Source of the DNA: the human T2T-CHM13v2.0 reference genome, Homo sapiens
Length of the DNA stretch: 64,000 nucleotides
Strand: one strand, 5' to 3'
Assembly: GCF_009914755.1 (NCBI RefSeq)
Contig: NC_060928.1
Shown: one piece after another, positions 11,188 to 24,674 of the stretch
How the letters are laid out: each line of letters begins with the position of its first letter
Position numbering within the stretch: position 1 is the first letter of the stretch
The notes under the pieces: model-generated
Told to the model about the DNA's origin: nothing
Databases searched by the model: none
The model's input: only the letters and a program-made list of their open reading frames with translations
Program-made: the position numbers and the translations under genes

Positions 11188-14100
11188 TTAAAAAAGACAA
11201 AAAGGAAACTAGGTCCTTCCCTAAAGGAACTCACACTGCAGGGTAAACAAAGGACAGAGAACTGTACAAGTACACTACTACAAAGAGATGATTACCGTAA
11301 TAAATGTATGGTTAAAGTGCTATTAAGAAGGACAAAGCTAACAATTTATAATAGAGAACGGTGAGATGAGAAGTCAAATAATTTTTAAGAATTCTTGTGA
11401 AGTTTTTTATATATAATTCACTGCCTGTAATTAAATGGATGTCTTTCTATATATTCAGAGCTGTTAAAAGCATGTGTCTGTTTTCTATCAATTAGATTTT
11501 TTGTTTCCCAGGAAATATGAAATGCAATAACATCATAGAAATTTAGAGACAGGAGTGACCTTAAAAAAGAGTTTAGCACCGAATTACAGTTGATTTAAAA
11601 ATAGAACAAAACTGTTTCCAGATAGTTTGGGATATGTTCAATTTGGGGACACAAATTTGGTTGTTAGGAGAATAATGCTATCACCCCTGTCTCTTGCTTC
11701 AACTTCCAATCCAAGATTTTGTCTAGAGCATGAATCTTTTTATTCTTATTTTGTTCTGTGCCTGTTATTGTTTCTGTGTTTTGTTTGTCTATTTTTTATT
11801 CAGTGCATAGCAAAATCCTAAACTTCAGAAGATATAAAGATGCCTGTAACATAATGAATAGACTTCTTTTGGCCTCTAGAAAAAATTCAGAACAGTACCA
11901 CAGCACTTTATTAAAGATGTGCGGTTGTTCTGAAACAGTCAGTTTGGCTCTGAAAATCATACTTCATGCCTTAAGAGAAATTTATGCACTGCCAAATCTT
12001 GTGTAAATCTCATTTCACAAACTGTGTTTGAGGAATACTGAAATCGATGCTATTCACACAGACAATATTAGCAAATGTATTTTTTCTATGCAAAATATAT
12101 GCTTGTCATTTTTATTATCTACTAGTATGCGTATGCTTATTACTGATGTAAAAGATTTATTTAAATATTTCCCTACGGCCTTCAGCTCTTCTGAGGCCAT
12201 GTAACAAAATTATCTTGTATTTCATTAATTTTTTCTCTATCTTGCTATTATGTTGGTAGTTCTATTACTATTGATTTTGGTAATCATCCCAAAATGTCAG
12301 TTAGGCTTAGCTTTAAAAAGAAAAAAGAAGAGATTGACAGAGTCAATGAATCTTCCCAAAGTTTCTTATGTTTATAAATGTCTATTTTATAAAGAAAAAG
12401 CTTTTAAATTCATTAGGTGTGCTTTGTGGAAGATGTTATCCTAAAACTGTGTTATTAAGCTGTATTCTAACAGGCCTTTTTGTTTGAGCTACTCAGTTGA
12501 TTTCTTAGCTTCAGTAAGTAAATATGATCCTACCTACCAAGTCTTACAAACAAATTTTTAATATTCACAAAAGATACATTATCTTAATTGCCCTTCTTTA
12601 GTCAAATGGCTGCACATTTAACATAGGCTTGAGAAGCAGTCACTTTTCTATATCTTTAAATGAAAAAGAGCTATTTATTGCTATGTTGAAATTATTGCTT
12701 GGCTCAATATTCCATTTTTATACTTCAGAAATAAGAAATTTCACTTACTGTTAAAGAAACTGTTCCTTACATGTTATCATTTGAAAGTCAACAAGAAATT
12801 GTATTTATTGATTGTGAAAATTGAACTCAAAGTACATTTCAAGAAAATTTACATAATAAGTATAAATACTATATATGATCTTAGAAAACATTATTTGCAC
12901 ATTGATTTCATAGTACTGCTGGAATCATGGAGAGATTTTAAAACCATTATTCTGAATTGAATCTGCTTCTGAGAATTGTTTTGAGTACATCATTCTATCT
13001 TTATAACTTGTCCTTTAGTAATTATGCTTGTATAATATTTGTACCCTTACAGATGTTTATATTTTAAAATTCTCATACCAACATTATTTCAATATTACTC
13101 TTTCATAATGTATTAAAAAGCCTTACAAATATTTCATTATATATTTTTATTTCAAATTGCTATAAACTCTATCAGGACATTTTGGTTGTAACAATCTAAG
13201 TTCCATACAACTATATCTAGTGTAAGTGAAAATGAAATTTGGAGGCTTATAAAACTGAAAGCTCCAGGGTAGATTTGACTTAAGACATATTGGTATTCAA
13301 GAATTGAAAACATCATCAGGCCTCTCTCTTCATCCCTGGGTAGTCTTTGGTTTTAGGAATGCTTTTCTACCTTGTTGGCAAATATGATCCCTGGAAGCAC
13401 TAGAATTACTAATATTTCCAGAGGTAAGAGTTGTATTTTACTCATGAACCCAGAAAAATAACTCCCAGAGATGGCTTTTATTGGCTCAGCTGGAGTCATC
13501 AACCCATTCTTGAATCACTAACTGGGGCGAGGGTATGAACTACTCTAGTGAACTGGGCTTGGACTACATGCCTGCATTGAAGCCAGAAGTCAGCCTCATT
13601 GAAGCCACTGTAACAGATGGCAGATACAGGCATGACTTCTCAATATAAAAAAGTATAGAGTCTGCAAACTTATTAATTCACATAGCTTTATATAGCTACA
13701 AATAACACTCATACTTTCATCTATATTTCCATTTTTAGAGATATGAAAAATAATATGCTAGTTTCAAGATATTCAGTAAGTCCATAGGCATACCTAACAT
13801 GGAATATATTATGACATTTAATCAGCCTTATTGAAAATCTGAGCTTTTTACCAGGTTCTCTGAATCCTGTCAAAATACCTGAATTTCAGAGCTAACATTT
13901 AAGAACTAACAGTAAAAAAAGAGGAGTATAGAAGGAAACAGTCATATGAACTTTGCGACCTAGACAGTTGCTTGCTTAATTTTTTAGTCACGGTTATACT
14001 GTCAGAACCTGAATACTTGAGTTAGGAGATGAAACACATACAATGAATGAGAGTAACTGAGGATCAATATCCAAGTTTTGACTAATGATTGAAGTTCAGT

Positions 14101-14941
14101 GTGCAGTCAACTGCAAATCGTCTATCACTCAGTATCATAACAAACTTAATACATCCCTTTTACTCTCTCAAGGCAATACTGAGAACAACTAACAGAATTT
14201 CAGCAGCTATATCAGTTGATCAAATAACACACTCTACTTCCAGGGAATACAACAAAGAAAAGAGGTCTATTTATTAAATAATTACATATTGAGTGACTGC
14301 TATGTGTCTGGTACTAGGAATATATCAGTCGATAAAACAAACAAATATCTCCACCCCTATACACCTGATGTTCTATTAGACCAAGGTATACTGATCCTAT
14401 TTTTAACTTTTCACTAAGAGGGAATTTGATTTTTTTTATCTATTATAACATATTGGGTATCTTGGCTTGTTAAATTGATTAGTATTGAGTGAAGTACTGT
14501 TTGAGGTATGATCATGGCATGATGCAGACTAATTTGAAGAGGCCATGACTTTAGCTATGCTGTCACACAGAAAGCCCAAACTTACAAGAGTAACTTTTAT
14601 GCTGTCCCATTCCACCTCCGCCCTGTTTGTCAGGCTTGGCATATTTTTGTAAATAACAATTCTGTAAAAATCATAGTTAGCTGGACAAGTGTTGAATTTT
14701 TCTCTTTAGTTGGGGGAGAGAAACTTTTTTGTTTATATGTAGGATATTTAAAATTCATTAAAGGGGGACATTTTAATAATCTACATACAAAAGGAAGAGC
14801 AAAAGAGAATGTATATTGGGGTTGGTTGAGAGTCAGTATGGGAGTGTGCTGTACAGCTCAGCAGAGAATGGTGGTGAACATCTTCACAATGTCCTTCTGG
14901 GAAGCACTCTTCTCCACTTAGCAATATGATTCCTTCAAGGC

Positions 14942-15437
14942 TGTTGGAGGCTGAAAGGTTGAGGGTCGTGATCAACTCAGTATTAACACTGGAGGCTGTA
15001 TGAGTAAACAGCAAACTCTTCTCATAAATGCAGAATGTTGGCAAACTGACAAACTGCATCTGCCACCCAGAAGGAATGCTGAGGGCAGTCACAACCCAGG
15101 CACAAGTGTTTCTTGTTATTAGGCACATCTGAAGCCTGTTAGCAATAATGTGAACTGTGATCGATTAAGCAGCTGACCAATCGTTACCTCCTCCACCCTG
15201 CTCTTTCTACCCAATAAATAGGAAGGGCTGTGGAAGCTCAGGGGCTGCCTTTGCTCACTAGAAGCAGGGAGCTCTCTTCTTCCCCTGGCCTGTTCCTTTA
15301 AAACAGTTTCTTTTGTCTTAAGTTTTCATTTCTACGTTCATTCCCCTTTGTTCAGTCTCGTAATGGTGGTCTCAAGCAGTAACAGTAGTAACTGCTGTAA
15401 TGATGGTCTCAAATAGTAGCAGTGGCAGTCTGCCACA
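14942..15437 (+). mobile_element. Solo class II ERV LTR, LTR22/HML-5-like
   Basis: TG...CA termini; perfect 6-bp TSD CAAGGC (14936-14941, 15438-15443), typical of HERV-K-type integrases; family name from recalled consensus. Confidence 0.75.
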
Positions 15438-15674
15438 CAAGGCTGCCATGTTGTTATGTGAATTAGTCCTTTTCCATGCTGCTGATGAAGACAAACCCAA
15501 GAAGGGCAATTTACAAAGGAAAGAAGTTTGATGGGCTTAGAGTTCCACGTGGCTGAGGAAGCCTCAAAATCATGGCAGAAGGCAAGGAAATGCAAATCAT
15601 GTCTTTCATGGATGGCAGCAGGCCAAGAGAGAGCTTGTGCAGGAAAACTCCCCTGTATAAAACCATCAGATCTC

Positions 15675-15956
15675 TGCCTGGCGCAGTGACCCATGCCTGT
15701 AATCCCAGCACTTTGGGAGGCCGAGGAGGGCAGATCACGAGGTCAGGAGATCGAGACCATCCTGGCTAACACGGTGAAACCCCATCTCTACTAAAAATTC
15801 AAAAAAATTAGCCGGGCGTGGTGGCGGGTGATGGTAGTCCCAGCTACTCAGGAGGCTGAGGCAGGAGAATGGTGTGAACCCAGGAGGTGGAGCTTGCAGT
15901 GAGCCAAAATCATGCCACTGCACACCAGCCTGGGTGACAGAGCAAGACTCCGTCTC

Positions 15957-15996
<40 letters not shown>
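15675..15996 (+). mobile_element. AluY whose tail is (CA)18
   Basis: AluY-type GAGATCGAGACCATCCTGGCTAACACGG and GGAGCTTGCAGTGAG; TSD CATCAGATCTC on both sides. Confidence 0.9.
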
Positions 15997-15997
<1 letters not shown>

Positions 15998-16055
15998 CAG
16001 ATCTCATGAGACTCATTCACTATCATGAGAATAGCATGGGAAAGACCTGACCCCA

Positions 16056-16066
16056 TGATTCAATTA
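16056..16066 (-). promoter_or_regulatory. DUX4-type motif in the THE1 LTR
   Basis: TGATTCAATTA reads TAATTGAATCA on the minus strand. MaLR LTRs are known DUX4 targets; binding here is untested. Confidence 0.4.
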
Positions 16067-16810
16067 CCCCCCACCAGATCCCTCCCACAACACATAGGAA
16101 TTCAAGATGAGATTTGGGTGGGGACACAGCCAAACCATACCATTACGTGACCCCCAACTCTGGCAGCAGGTATTTTGCCTCAGAAATGGCTGCATGATCC
16201 AAAGTAGGAAAATGGTTCTTTTCATGGGATTTTAAATTTTGGACTAAAATAATCAATTTTTTTTCTATGACTTCAGATATAACATTTAGGATGTGTTTGT
16301 TTCCTATCTTCAGCCATGTAGAGAGAGGCAGCCTGAGAGAAGAATAATGCCACAACAAAGAGAAGCAGTGATAAGAGGAAGCAGCTTCTAATGGCGTCCA
16401 TGCCCTTCTTTACAAGTATTTCTGATAAATTTTTCCTGTTGCTGAGGATGGTTCAAGTAGATTCTTTTGTCACTGACAAACACAGCGCATTAACTAATGC
16501 ACAATTAAATGTTATTAAGTGTCATTAAATGTCTTCATACTTTGTCCTTATAATTTTTAGTTTCTTTTTCTCTCTGTCAATTTCAACTCTTGATTTCTTT
16601 AGCTACTTCCTTCTTAGTTGGGAAGCCAATTAAACAAATCCGTTATAATTGCCTCTAAACTAAGGTCAGATGCACTTTGTGATAGTGTGGACTGTTCCTT
16701 TTTAATTAGAATGCCTGAGCATTAGTGAGTGGATCTTGTGACATCTATTTTAACAGCTTAGGGTCTTTTTGTTTTCTTTTACAAGCCAAACTTTATTAAG
16801 TGAGATATGT

Positions 16811-16907
16811 TAGGGTGATCCACTGTCCAGAGGGTTCCCAGGATGCAGGACTTTCAGTAACAAAACCAAAAAAAGTTCTGGTTTAATGGGACAAGATGGC
16901 CACACTA
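16811..16907. mobile_element. MER81-like hAT MITE
   Basis: Degenerate TIRs TAGGGTGATCCA...TGGCCACACTA and internal GGACTTTCAGT. Confidence 0.65.
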
Positions 16908-16954
16908 ATGCTGGAATTGGCTTCTTGAAAATGTGAGGCATCATTTTATACTTA

Positions 16955-17190
16955 AGTGCTTAGGCTCTGGAGCTAGCTCCTCTGGGTGAAAATCCTGGCT
17001 CTGCTGTTTAATGCACCATCTTGGTAAAATTCTTTACCTGTTTGTATGTTAGTTTTCTCCATCTGTAAAATGGGCGTAATAATGATGTTTGCCTCTTAGG
17101 TATATTTTGAGCATTAAGTTCGTTAATATATATAGTCCTGAATATAATGCCTTACAGTAAACACATTAATTTTAGTTGCTATTGCTATTC
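16955..17190 (+). mobile_element. MIR SINE
   Basis: GGCTCTGGAGC...AATCCTGGCTCTGC...CATCTGTAAAATGGG core. Confidence 0.75.
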
Positions 17191-18386
17191 TTATTATTGA
17201 GTTTTTAGTTGCTACAGCCAAATAGATGGCAATGAATTTAGAGTAAATTTGAGTACTGGACTTCCCACAAAGTTTAAGTAGAGCATATATCCTAAAATGC
17301 TCTGAACTATTACTATTATCCAGATATTAGTTCTTCCATTAGATTTGCATATCATTTTTTTTCTGTTTTCCCCAATCTTCACATTATCATTAAGCATTAT
17401 TCTGCATTTGATTTGTAAAATGAAGCTATGCATTTGCCCTATAAACTTTTCCCACTCTTTCCTTTCCCTATGTCCAGGCATAAAGAAACAGGAAAAGAAG
17501 TAAGAAAAGTAGGAGGAGAGAGAAACAATCACCTTGTCATACAATGTCACAGTGGTCATATCCTAGTCAGAATAAAATTTAGTATTTGCTCTATATCTAC
17601 ATCCAATGAAGTTTTCACTCAATCTATATCCAATGGCTTTCTTTTTATTTATTCTTTCCTAAAACGAATTCTTTTAGAAGACCATTTTATAGAATATAGC
17701 AGTTTTTAAAAAATCAATAAAACATGACAGAGTATATTTTTAAGTGCAGTACCAATTGAGATCACAAAAAATAATAATAATAATAATGGCTCTTACCTTT
17801 TATTAGGGGACTTAATTCAGGAAAAGTATACTGGATCAAATGTTTCACATATGTCACAACTCATTTTTGGCCTTACAACACTTTTCAAGGTAAGTAAGCA
17901 CCCTTTTTATTTCATTTACATAAAGGATAGAACTGTGGGATAAGTTGCAGCTCAGAGAAAATAAGCAGTTTCTCAAGTAATATAAAGAGTATTAGTATGT
18001 GTTTGTGTTTTATTTTGCTCAGACGAAATTAATAATTTTCTTATTCTTTTATTTCTGGTCATGTTCTAGTTCATGTCATGTTCTAGTTCCATCATTCATC
18101 TAATCTTCCAGAGTTGCTGTAACTATACTTGCCTTAGGACTAGATGAGATGGACAATTTTGTACATTTTTGTACTCAACTAGATTTGAGTACCATTTCTT
18201 TTAGTCTGAGCAGGGCGTTTTCTAAGAATCTGCCAGCCAGTATACCCCAGTAGTTCAGCTTATCTGTCTTACCATGGATTCTGTTCTGAAATTGTATTTT
18301 GGATCTAGTTAACTGACCCAATACTCTGTGACCTCACACCTAAGTCCTTGATGCATACTCTGGTTTATCTTTGACTAAGTCTAACA

Positions 18387-18551
18387 TTTTATTGAAACAT
18401 AGCCACATTCATTCATTGGCATGTCAACTATCACTGTTTTCATGCTATAATAGCAAAGTTGAGTACAGTACTTGCAAAAAAGACCATATGACCTGCAAAG
18501 TCTAAATTATTTACTATCTAGATCTTAACATAAAAAGTTTGCCAACCCGTA
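18387..18551 (+). mobile_element. MER58-like hAT DNA transposon
   Basis: TTTATTGAAACATAGCCAC...GACCATATGACCTGCAAAGTCTAAA...AAAGTTTGCCAACCC. Confidence 0.7.
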
Positions 18552-20779
18552 GACTAGTCTTTCAACTCCAGACTCATTGGGTACCTCTAATGGGGTTTTC
18601 CATTCACTATGTCTATACCTACTGTTTTTTACCTATAGTTGAGAAACCTGCCTGCTGGACCACCTCGTTAAATCTCTTAGTTAAACCTCTTATAATTGAC
18701 TCATGTCTGTGTATACTCCATGTCCTGCTTACACTGAATCTGGACCATTGAAAAGCCTTAAGTATGACATATTTTAATGAAGCAACTCTGTTTTATCTTT
18801 ATCAGTCCATTTGTTCTAATTAGCTCAACAGGAAGGTGAGTTGAAATGCATTGGCACCCTACAGATAGGACAATGACAACACAGGTAAGGGGTTGGGGTC
18901 ATCAATTCTTTTTCTTTTCCCAACCACAAGTACCATTTCTAACATACATTATGTTCGTACTGTTTTTATTTCCTTGTTTTGAAATGACATTTAGGACAGA
19001 AAAAGTACAGAGAATTTTTTGAGGGGAGGCATGTTCTGACCTTTACTTTATATAAGAGGGAATAAGAGCAGAATTATGAAAAAGACTTCAATATCCACAT
19101 CCTTTCACAGGAGGGTAGGAGTTCACCAAGCAGGGAAGCGATTAGAAGATAATCGCTATTATATCAAATTAGAGCATTTTCAAAATCATAGCTACAGCTA
19201 TAGAACTCCCACTGAAAATAAGCTAAAATTAAAAATTCTCAGGTCTATAACTGTGGCTCCCCATTGGTGGAATATACTTTGGAGTACAGTTTGCATGACT
19301 GTTCTTTGAGGCAAGAAATTTTCCCTCCTCTGTTAATCCTAACTGGGCTAGGCTGTCGCTGATTAAGACAACTCTCTAAGATTTGGAGCCAAGCGATGAA
19401 CTGTGCAACCCAAACCTGGTGGTCATGGCTAGAAAGTATCAGGGACATGGATGTTTCCAGAATAAGCACCAGAAGCCCCAAATTCTTCAATAAAGTCTCT
19501 GCTCCTGTGACTTTCTTATATAAAATAACTGTGCTGACACAGATTATAGGAAGAACAGGTTCCCACTTGAACTTAGGGAGCTTTCTATTTAGTGCAAATT
19601 GAGAAAACAGGGGAAGCAGGTGCTTTATAATAAAGGATTTGTATTCCACTGCCACTGTTACCAGGGAGAGAGCAAACCACATTTTATTTCTGGTTTCATA
19701 CAGAATGCTCCTTGAAAAACGTAAGCCTAGGAAGCAGCACCTGTTGTACATAGGTGATTTCCCCCACTGATAGATTCAAACTGTTGGCCTGACTTTCTGA
19801 TTACCTAAAGCTGTTTCTCATACATCTGTCATAACTTATAACAAGACATTTAAAAGGATGTCTGACAACCAATGTGAAAAGCTATTTAGTCCTCAGTCTA
19901 GCTTTTCAAATGGTAGTACATTGATCAGTTAGGCAGTTTAATGAATCTGCCATCTTGTATCAGCAGTTATTCTCTAAATTAAGTCATATTCCATATAAAA
20001 ACCTTATTGTTATTCAAGGCACTTCCCAGCTCCAGCTGTAAGACTGGATTAAATCAATATGTTCCTATGAGAAACAGCTCCTTGGGGAAGGCAATGTTAA
20101 AGTGCACAAGGTAACAACAAAAGAAAAATACAGGATTTCATTTTACTAATGAAGTTCCAAGGTGTGTTTTCATACACTTATAGTAATTTCTCTTTTCACA
20201 GGCTCTTCCTTTGGAGTCACTGCCCCAAAATAATGTGTATAATCTCACTCACTGAAAACGAGAAGGTAGGTCGCAGGAGTCATCTTAGCTAATGTCAGCA
20301 TATCTTACACATGGCCTGGGATAGTTGGATGACTGAGCAAGCTGCCCTCTTTTATCCAATAATATAGATATAGAATAGAGTTAGATTTTCTCTCCCCTTG
20401 TCTCTGCATTTACATTATGGACTCTAAGTGGTATTCTAATCCTGTCACGATTATAGGTAAATTAGAAAATAGTGTAGACTTTATTTTTATGACAAACCAA
20501 CCTATGTTCAATTCTAGGATCTCCTATTTACTATGTGCATAAACTAAACCAAATCACTTAACTCTTTTGTAAAATAGGTCACTATTTTCCTGTTTGTTTT
20601 TACAATGTTATTGTGTCTTTTATTCATTTTGTATCCTCATGAGCTAGACTAAGGCTTGACACATGGTAGGAACTCTAAAAAGTTTTGTGGAATGAATGAA
20701 AGTGCTGTGAAACCCTGTAAAGCTCCACACTCCATGCTCTGGTATAATGATCAGACATTTTAAGCCAATGAATGTGGCT

Positions 20780-21900
20780 GATCACATTCAATGTATGTGA
20801 CATTTTTAGCCCATGTTCTTCACCCTGGCCTATTTTTTCATCTTTTGTCATTTGATTCTATAGCTTTTCTACCAGTGACAGACAAAGTGCATTTCTTTGC
20901 CCATTGTCTTCTGGCTTAGACCTGGAATTAAAAGAAAGTGTGTGCAAACGAGTTTTCTAGGTAAGCCTAGTCCATCAGAGGCATTGTACAGTTCAGCTTG
21001 CTCTCTTGCTTTCTGCCATTACTGTGGCAGGCCAGGTCTCACTAATGCAGGCCTCCATAACAACTGTTTCAGTACTGAGTGGTTAAATTAAATATTAAAT
21101 ATTAAACGCTAAAAAAAGCCAGTGCCCTTATAAAAAGGTGGAATGTAATCAAAGCCCACCAAGAGTTTTGCCTAGGCCTTTCCTGGACCTTAAAGCATGA
21201 CAAAGTAATGAAAGAATTCTTAACAGGACCCATTTAGGATTAAACAAGTTCTGTTGGGGGTCTGAAGAAATTCCCAATAAACAAACAAGTTTACTGGAGA
21301 TCTGATGGCACTCCCCAAACCTCTGTGATTTAGCAGCAGACAAGATAAGGGTAATCACCCCAGCACCTGGACTCATTTAGATTAAGTAAATTTAATGAGG
21401 CTCCAGAGGAAGGTCTTCAGGACTCAGACCTTAGTTACAGATTAAAATAACTTAATCACTTATGTCTTTAGATGAATGCACACTTACGTGTAGACACACA
21501 GCTAAGAAGGTATATAAGCTCTGGAAAACTTTGTAATTTTGAGTTGGCCTGACAATAATTTCCAGGCTTTCTCCCTGTAGCTGATTACAGAAATAAAACT
21601 CTTTTCCTTCTCAGTTCATCTGCGTCTTGTTATTGGGCCATGAGAAATAGCAGCCCGACCCTCAGTTTGGTCTGAGAACATTACCATGAGAACATAGCCC
21701 AGCTAACTTATTGATCCAAGGCGGATGAGAGACATGTGGAACATTTTCAAGCTGAACCTACAGGTTATAGCCTCCTAGCCAAGCCCAGACTGCATTAGCT
21801 GAACCCCTACTGAATTGCAAAAGCATGAGCAAAATACTTATTGTTTTGGGTCCCTGAGATTTTGTAGTTATTTTTAAGGCAGTAACAGCTAACTAATATA
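20780..21900 (+). mobile_element. Old MLT1 MaLR LTR split by an ERV1 LTR
   Basis: CTGCCATTAC|CATGAGAAC is continuous across the insertion; terminus GCTAACTAATATA. The start coordinate is approximate. Confidence 0.55.
21023..21680 (+). mobile_element. Solo ERV1 LTR, PABL_A-like (658 bp)
   Basis: TGTGGCAGGCCAGGTCTC...GGTCTGAGAACA; 4-bp TSD TTAC on both sides; TATATAAG and AATAAA inside; family name from recall. Confidence 0.7.
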
Positions 21901-22039
21901 CCATGCAATGTAAATGCTCACTGATTAAGTACCTTGTAATGATACATTCTTAGAGAGGGAAAAGTGAAAAAGGCAAACATGGAATAGATATAGCCCAACT
22001 CTCAAGAGTTTAAAAGTTATTCTGTCTCCACCAAATACT

Positions 22040-24020
22040 GTAAGAATTAATAGACAAATTCAGTAAAGTTACAGAATTCAAAATCAATATACAAAACGAG
22101 TTGTGTTTTTAATACACTAACAACAAAGCATCCAAAAAGTTTAAGAAAACAACACCATTTACAATAACATCAAAAAGAATAAAACACTTAGGAATAAATT
22201 TAACCAATTAGGTGAAATATCTGTACACTGAAAAGTATAAAACACTGATAAAATAAATTGAGGAAGACACAAATAAATGCACAGACATTCCATGTTCATG
22301 GATCGGAAGAGGTAATATTGTTAAAATGACCATACTACCCAAAGTAATTTACAGATTCAACAAAATCCCTATCAAAATTTCCATGGCATTTTTCACAAAA
22401 AGAAAAAAATTCTAAAAATTAATGTGGAACCACAAAGACCCAAAATAGCCAAAGCAATCTCAAGAAAGAAGAATAAAGCTGGAAGTATCATACTTCTTGA
22501 TTTTTAAATATCTTGCAAAGGTATAATAATCAAAACAATATAGTTCTGGCATAAAAACAGACTATAGACCAATGAAACAAAATATAAAGCCCAGAATTAG
22601 TCACACATTTGTAGTTAACTAATTTTTGACAAAGGCACCAAGAATACAAAATGGGCAAGGATAATCTCTTCAACAAATGGTGCTGGGAAAATTGGAATAT
22701 CCACATACGGAGAATGAATTGAACCCTTATCTTAACCATATACAAAAATCAAATCATAATAGCTTAACACTTGAAATCACAAAACTTCTAAGATAAACCA
22801 TGGAGGAAAAGCTCCTTGACATTGGTCATGACAATTAATTCATGAATATGACATGAAAACATGGACAACAAAAGCAAAATAAACACATGGGACTGTATCA
22901 AGTTAAAAAGTTTCTGCATAGCAATAGGAGAAAATATGTCCAAGTCATATAGCTGATAATAGTATGATAATAGCCAAAATATACAAGGAATTCCTATAAC
23001 TCAATAGCAAAAGAATAAATAACTCTATTAAAAAATGGGTTAAGGACCTGAAAACACATCATGCCAAAAAAGATATCTAAAAGGCTAACAGGTATAATAA
23101 AAGGCATTCCTTTAAGTAATTACTAATCATCAGGAAAATACAAATAAAAACCACAATGAGATATTGCCTTACAACTGCCAGGTTGGTTATTATCAAAAAA
23201 ATAAAAGATAACAAGTATTGTGAGAATGTGGAGAAAAGGAAATCCTTATACACTCTTGGTGGGAATATTAACTGGTGTAGCAATTATGGAAAACAGTATG
23301 AAGGTTCTTCAAAATTTAAAAGTAGAACTACTGTAAGATTCCCACTTCCGGGTATATTTCCAAAGGAAATAAAATCAGTATGTCAAGAAGATATCTGCAC
23401 TCCCAAATTCATTGCTGTTTATTTACAATAAGCAAGATAGGGAAACAAGCTAACTGACCATTGATGGATAAATGAATAAAGAAAATTTGTTATATGTACA
23501 TATGTGATGGAATATTATTCGGCATTATCAATAGAAATAAATACTGTCATTTCTGACAACATAGATGAACCTGAAATATATATACTAAGTGAAATAAGGC
23601 AGACACAGACAAATACTGTACGATATCACTTATATGTGGAAAATGAAAGAGTCAAACTCATAGAAATAGTGGAATGGTAATTACAAGAAACTGGGAGGTA
23701 GGGAAAATGTAGAGATGTTGGTCAAAGTCTATAAACTTTTATAAGTTGAATAAGTTCTGGAGATCTAATGTACAGCATGGTGACTATAGTTAATAATGTA
23801 TTGTGTATTTGAAATTTTCTAAGAGAATAGATCTCGCATATTCTTGCAACATAAATTAAGAGAGGTAATTATGTGAGGTGATAGATATGTTAATCAGCCT
23901 GATCGTGCTAATCATTTTACAATATACACCTACACCAAATAAGCACATTGTATGCCCTAATATATATATATAATTTTTATTGGTCAATCAGAACTCAATA
24001 AAGCTGGAAAGAAAGAAAAG
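22040..24020 (+). mobile_element. 5'-truncated L1MA (L1MA8/9-like)
   Basis: ORF2 C-terminal homology (MRYCLTTARLVIIKKIKDNKYCENVEKR) and 3' UTR ending CTCAATAAAGCTGGAAA. Confidence 0.85.
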
Positions 24021-24674
24021 TTATTGTGGATATGACAAATACATGTCATTACAATAATACAACACAAGAAAGAGCACGAGAAATATACCATGAAATAAAA
24101 AATGGCAAAGTGGTAGTAATATAAGAGTCAGGGAAGATTCACTCATTCATTCAGCAAATACCTATAAAATGCTTATTCCTATTTTGTAATGAGTACTGAA
24201 GAAGTGGTGGTTTGCAAAACAGATTAAGTGTCTACCTTCATGGAGTTTATCATCTAGTTAATGCAAAGAGGAGGTACTGTTTGATCCTGGACAAGGAAGA
24301 TGAGCTTATTTTCTCCATTTGTAAAGATGGAGGAGTTACTATTTAAGCATAATAGACAATTTGTATCCAGCAGCAGCACAGAAGTTTGATGAGATGATCT
24401 GAGATGAGAGAGGGTGGGTATCTTTTTCGAAATATATAGTTGAAGATTCAGATTCTCAGAGCTCATTAATCAAATGCCCAATTTAACTTTATTTTATGGT
24501 TACTAAGAATATAACTGAATGCCCAGAATGCCTGCAAAGATGTTCACTAAAGCTTCTAGACCTTGAAATCTTTTTTTCTGAACTTTAGTGTCATAATTCC
24601 TTACATCCTCTGCCATTTCTATTTTCTTTCTTAAGTGTTAACCTTATTTTCACAACTAAATTTTAAGCTTGTTT

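Larger units (their letters stand above)
15459..16142 (-). mobile_element. THE1A/B solo LTR interrupted by an AluY
   Basis: THE1 body and terminus GATTTGGGTGGGGACACAGCCAAACCATACCA; 5-bp TSD TTATG/TTACG. Confidence 0.88.

Noticed and set aside
19245-19751. 168-aa minus-strand ORF
   Set aside because: No domain resemblance or splice support; an ORF of this length is plausible by chance in 64 kb.
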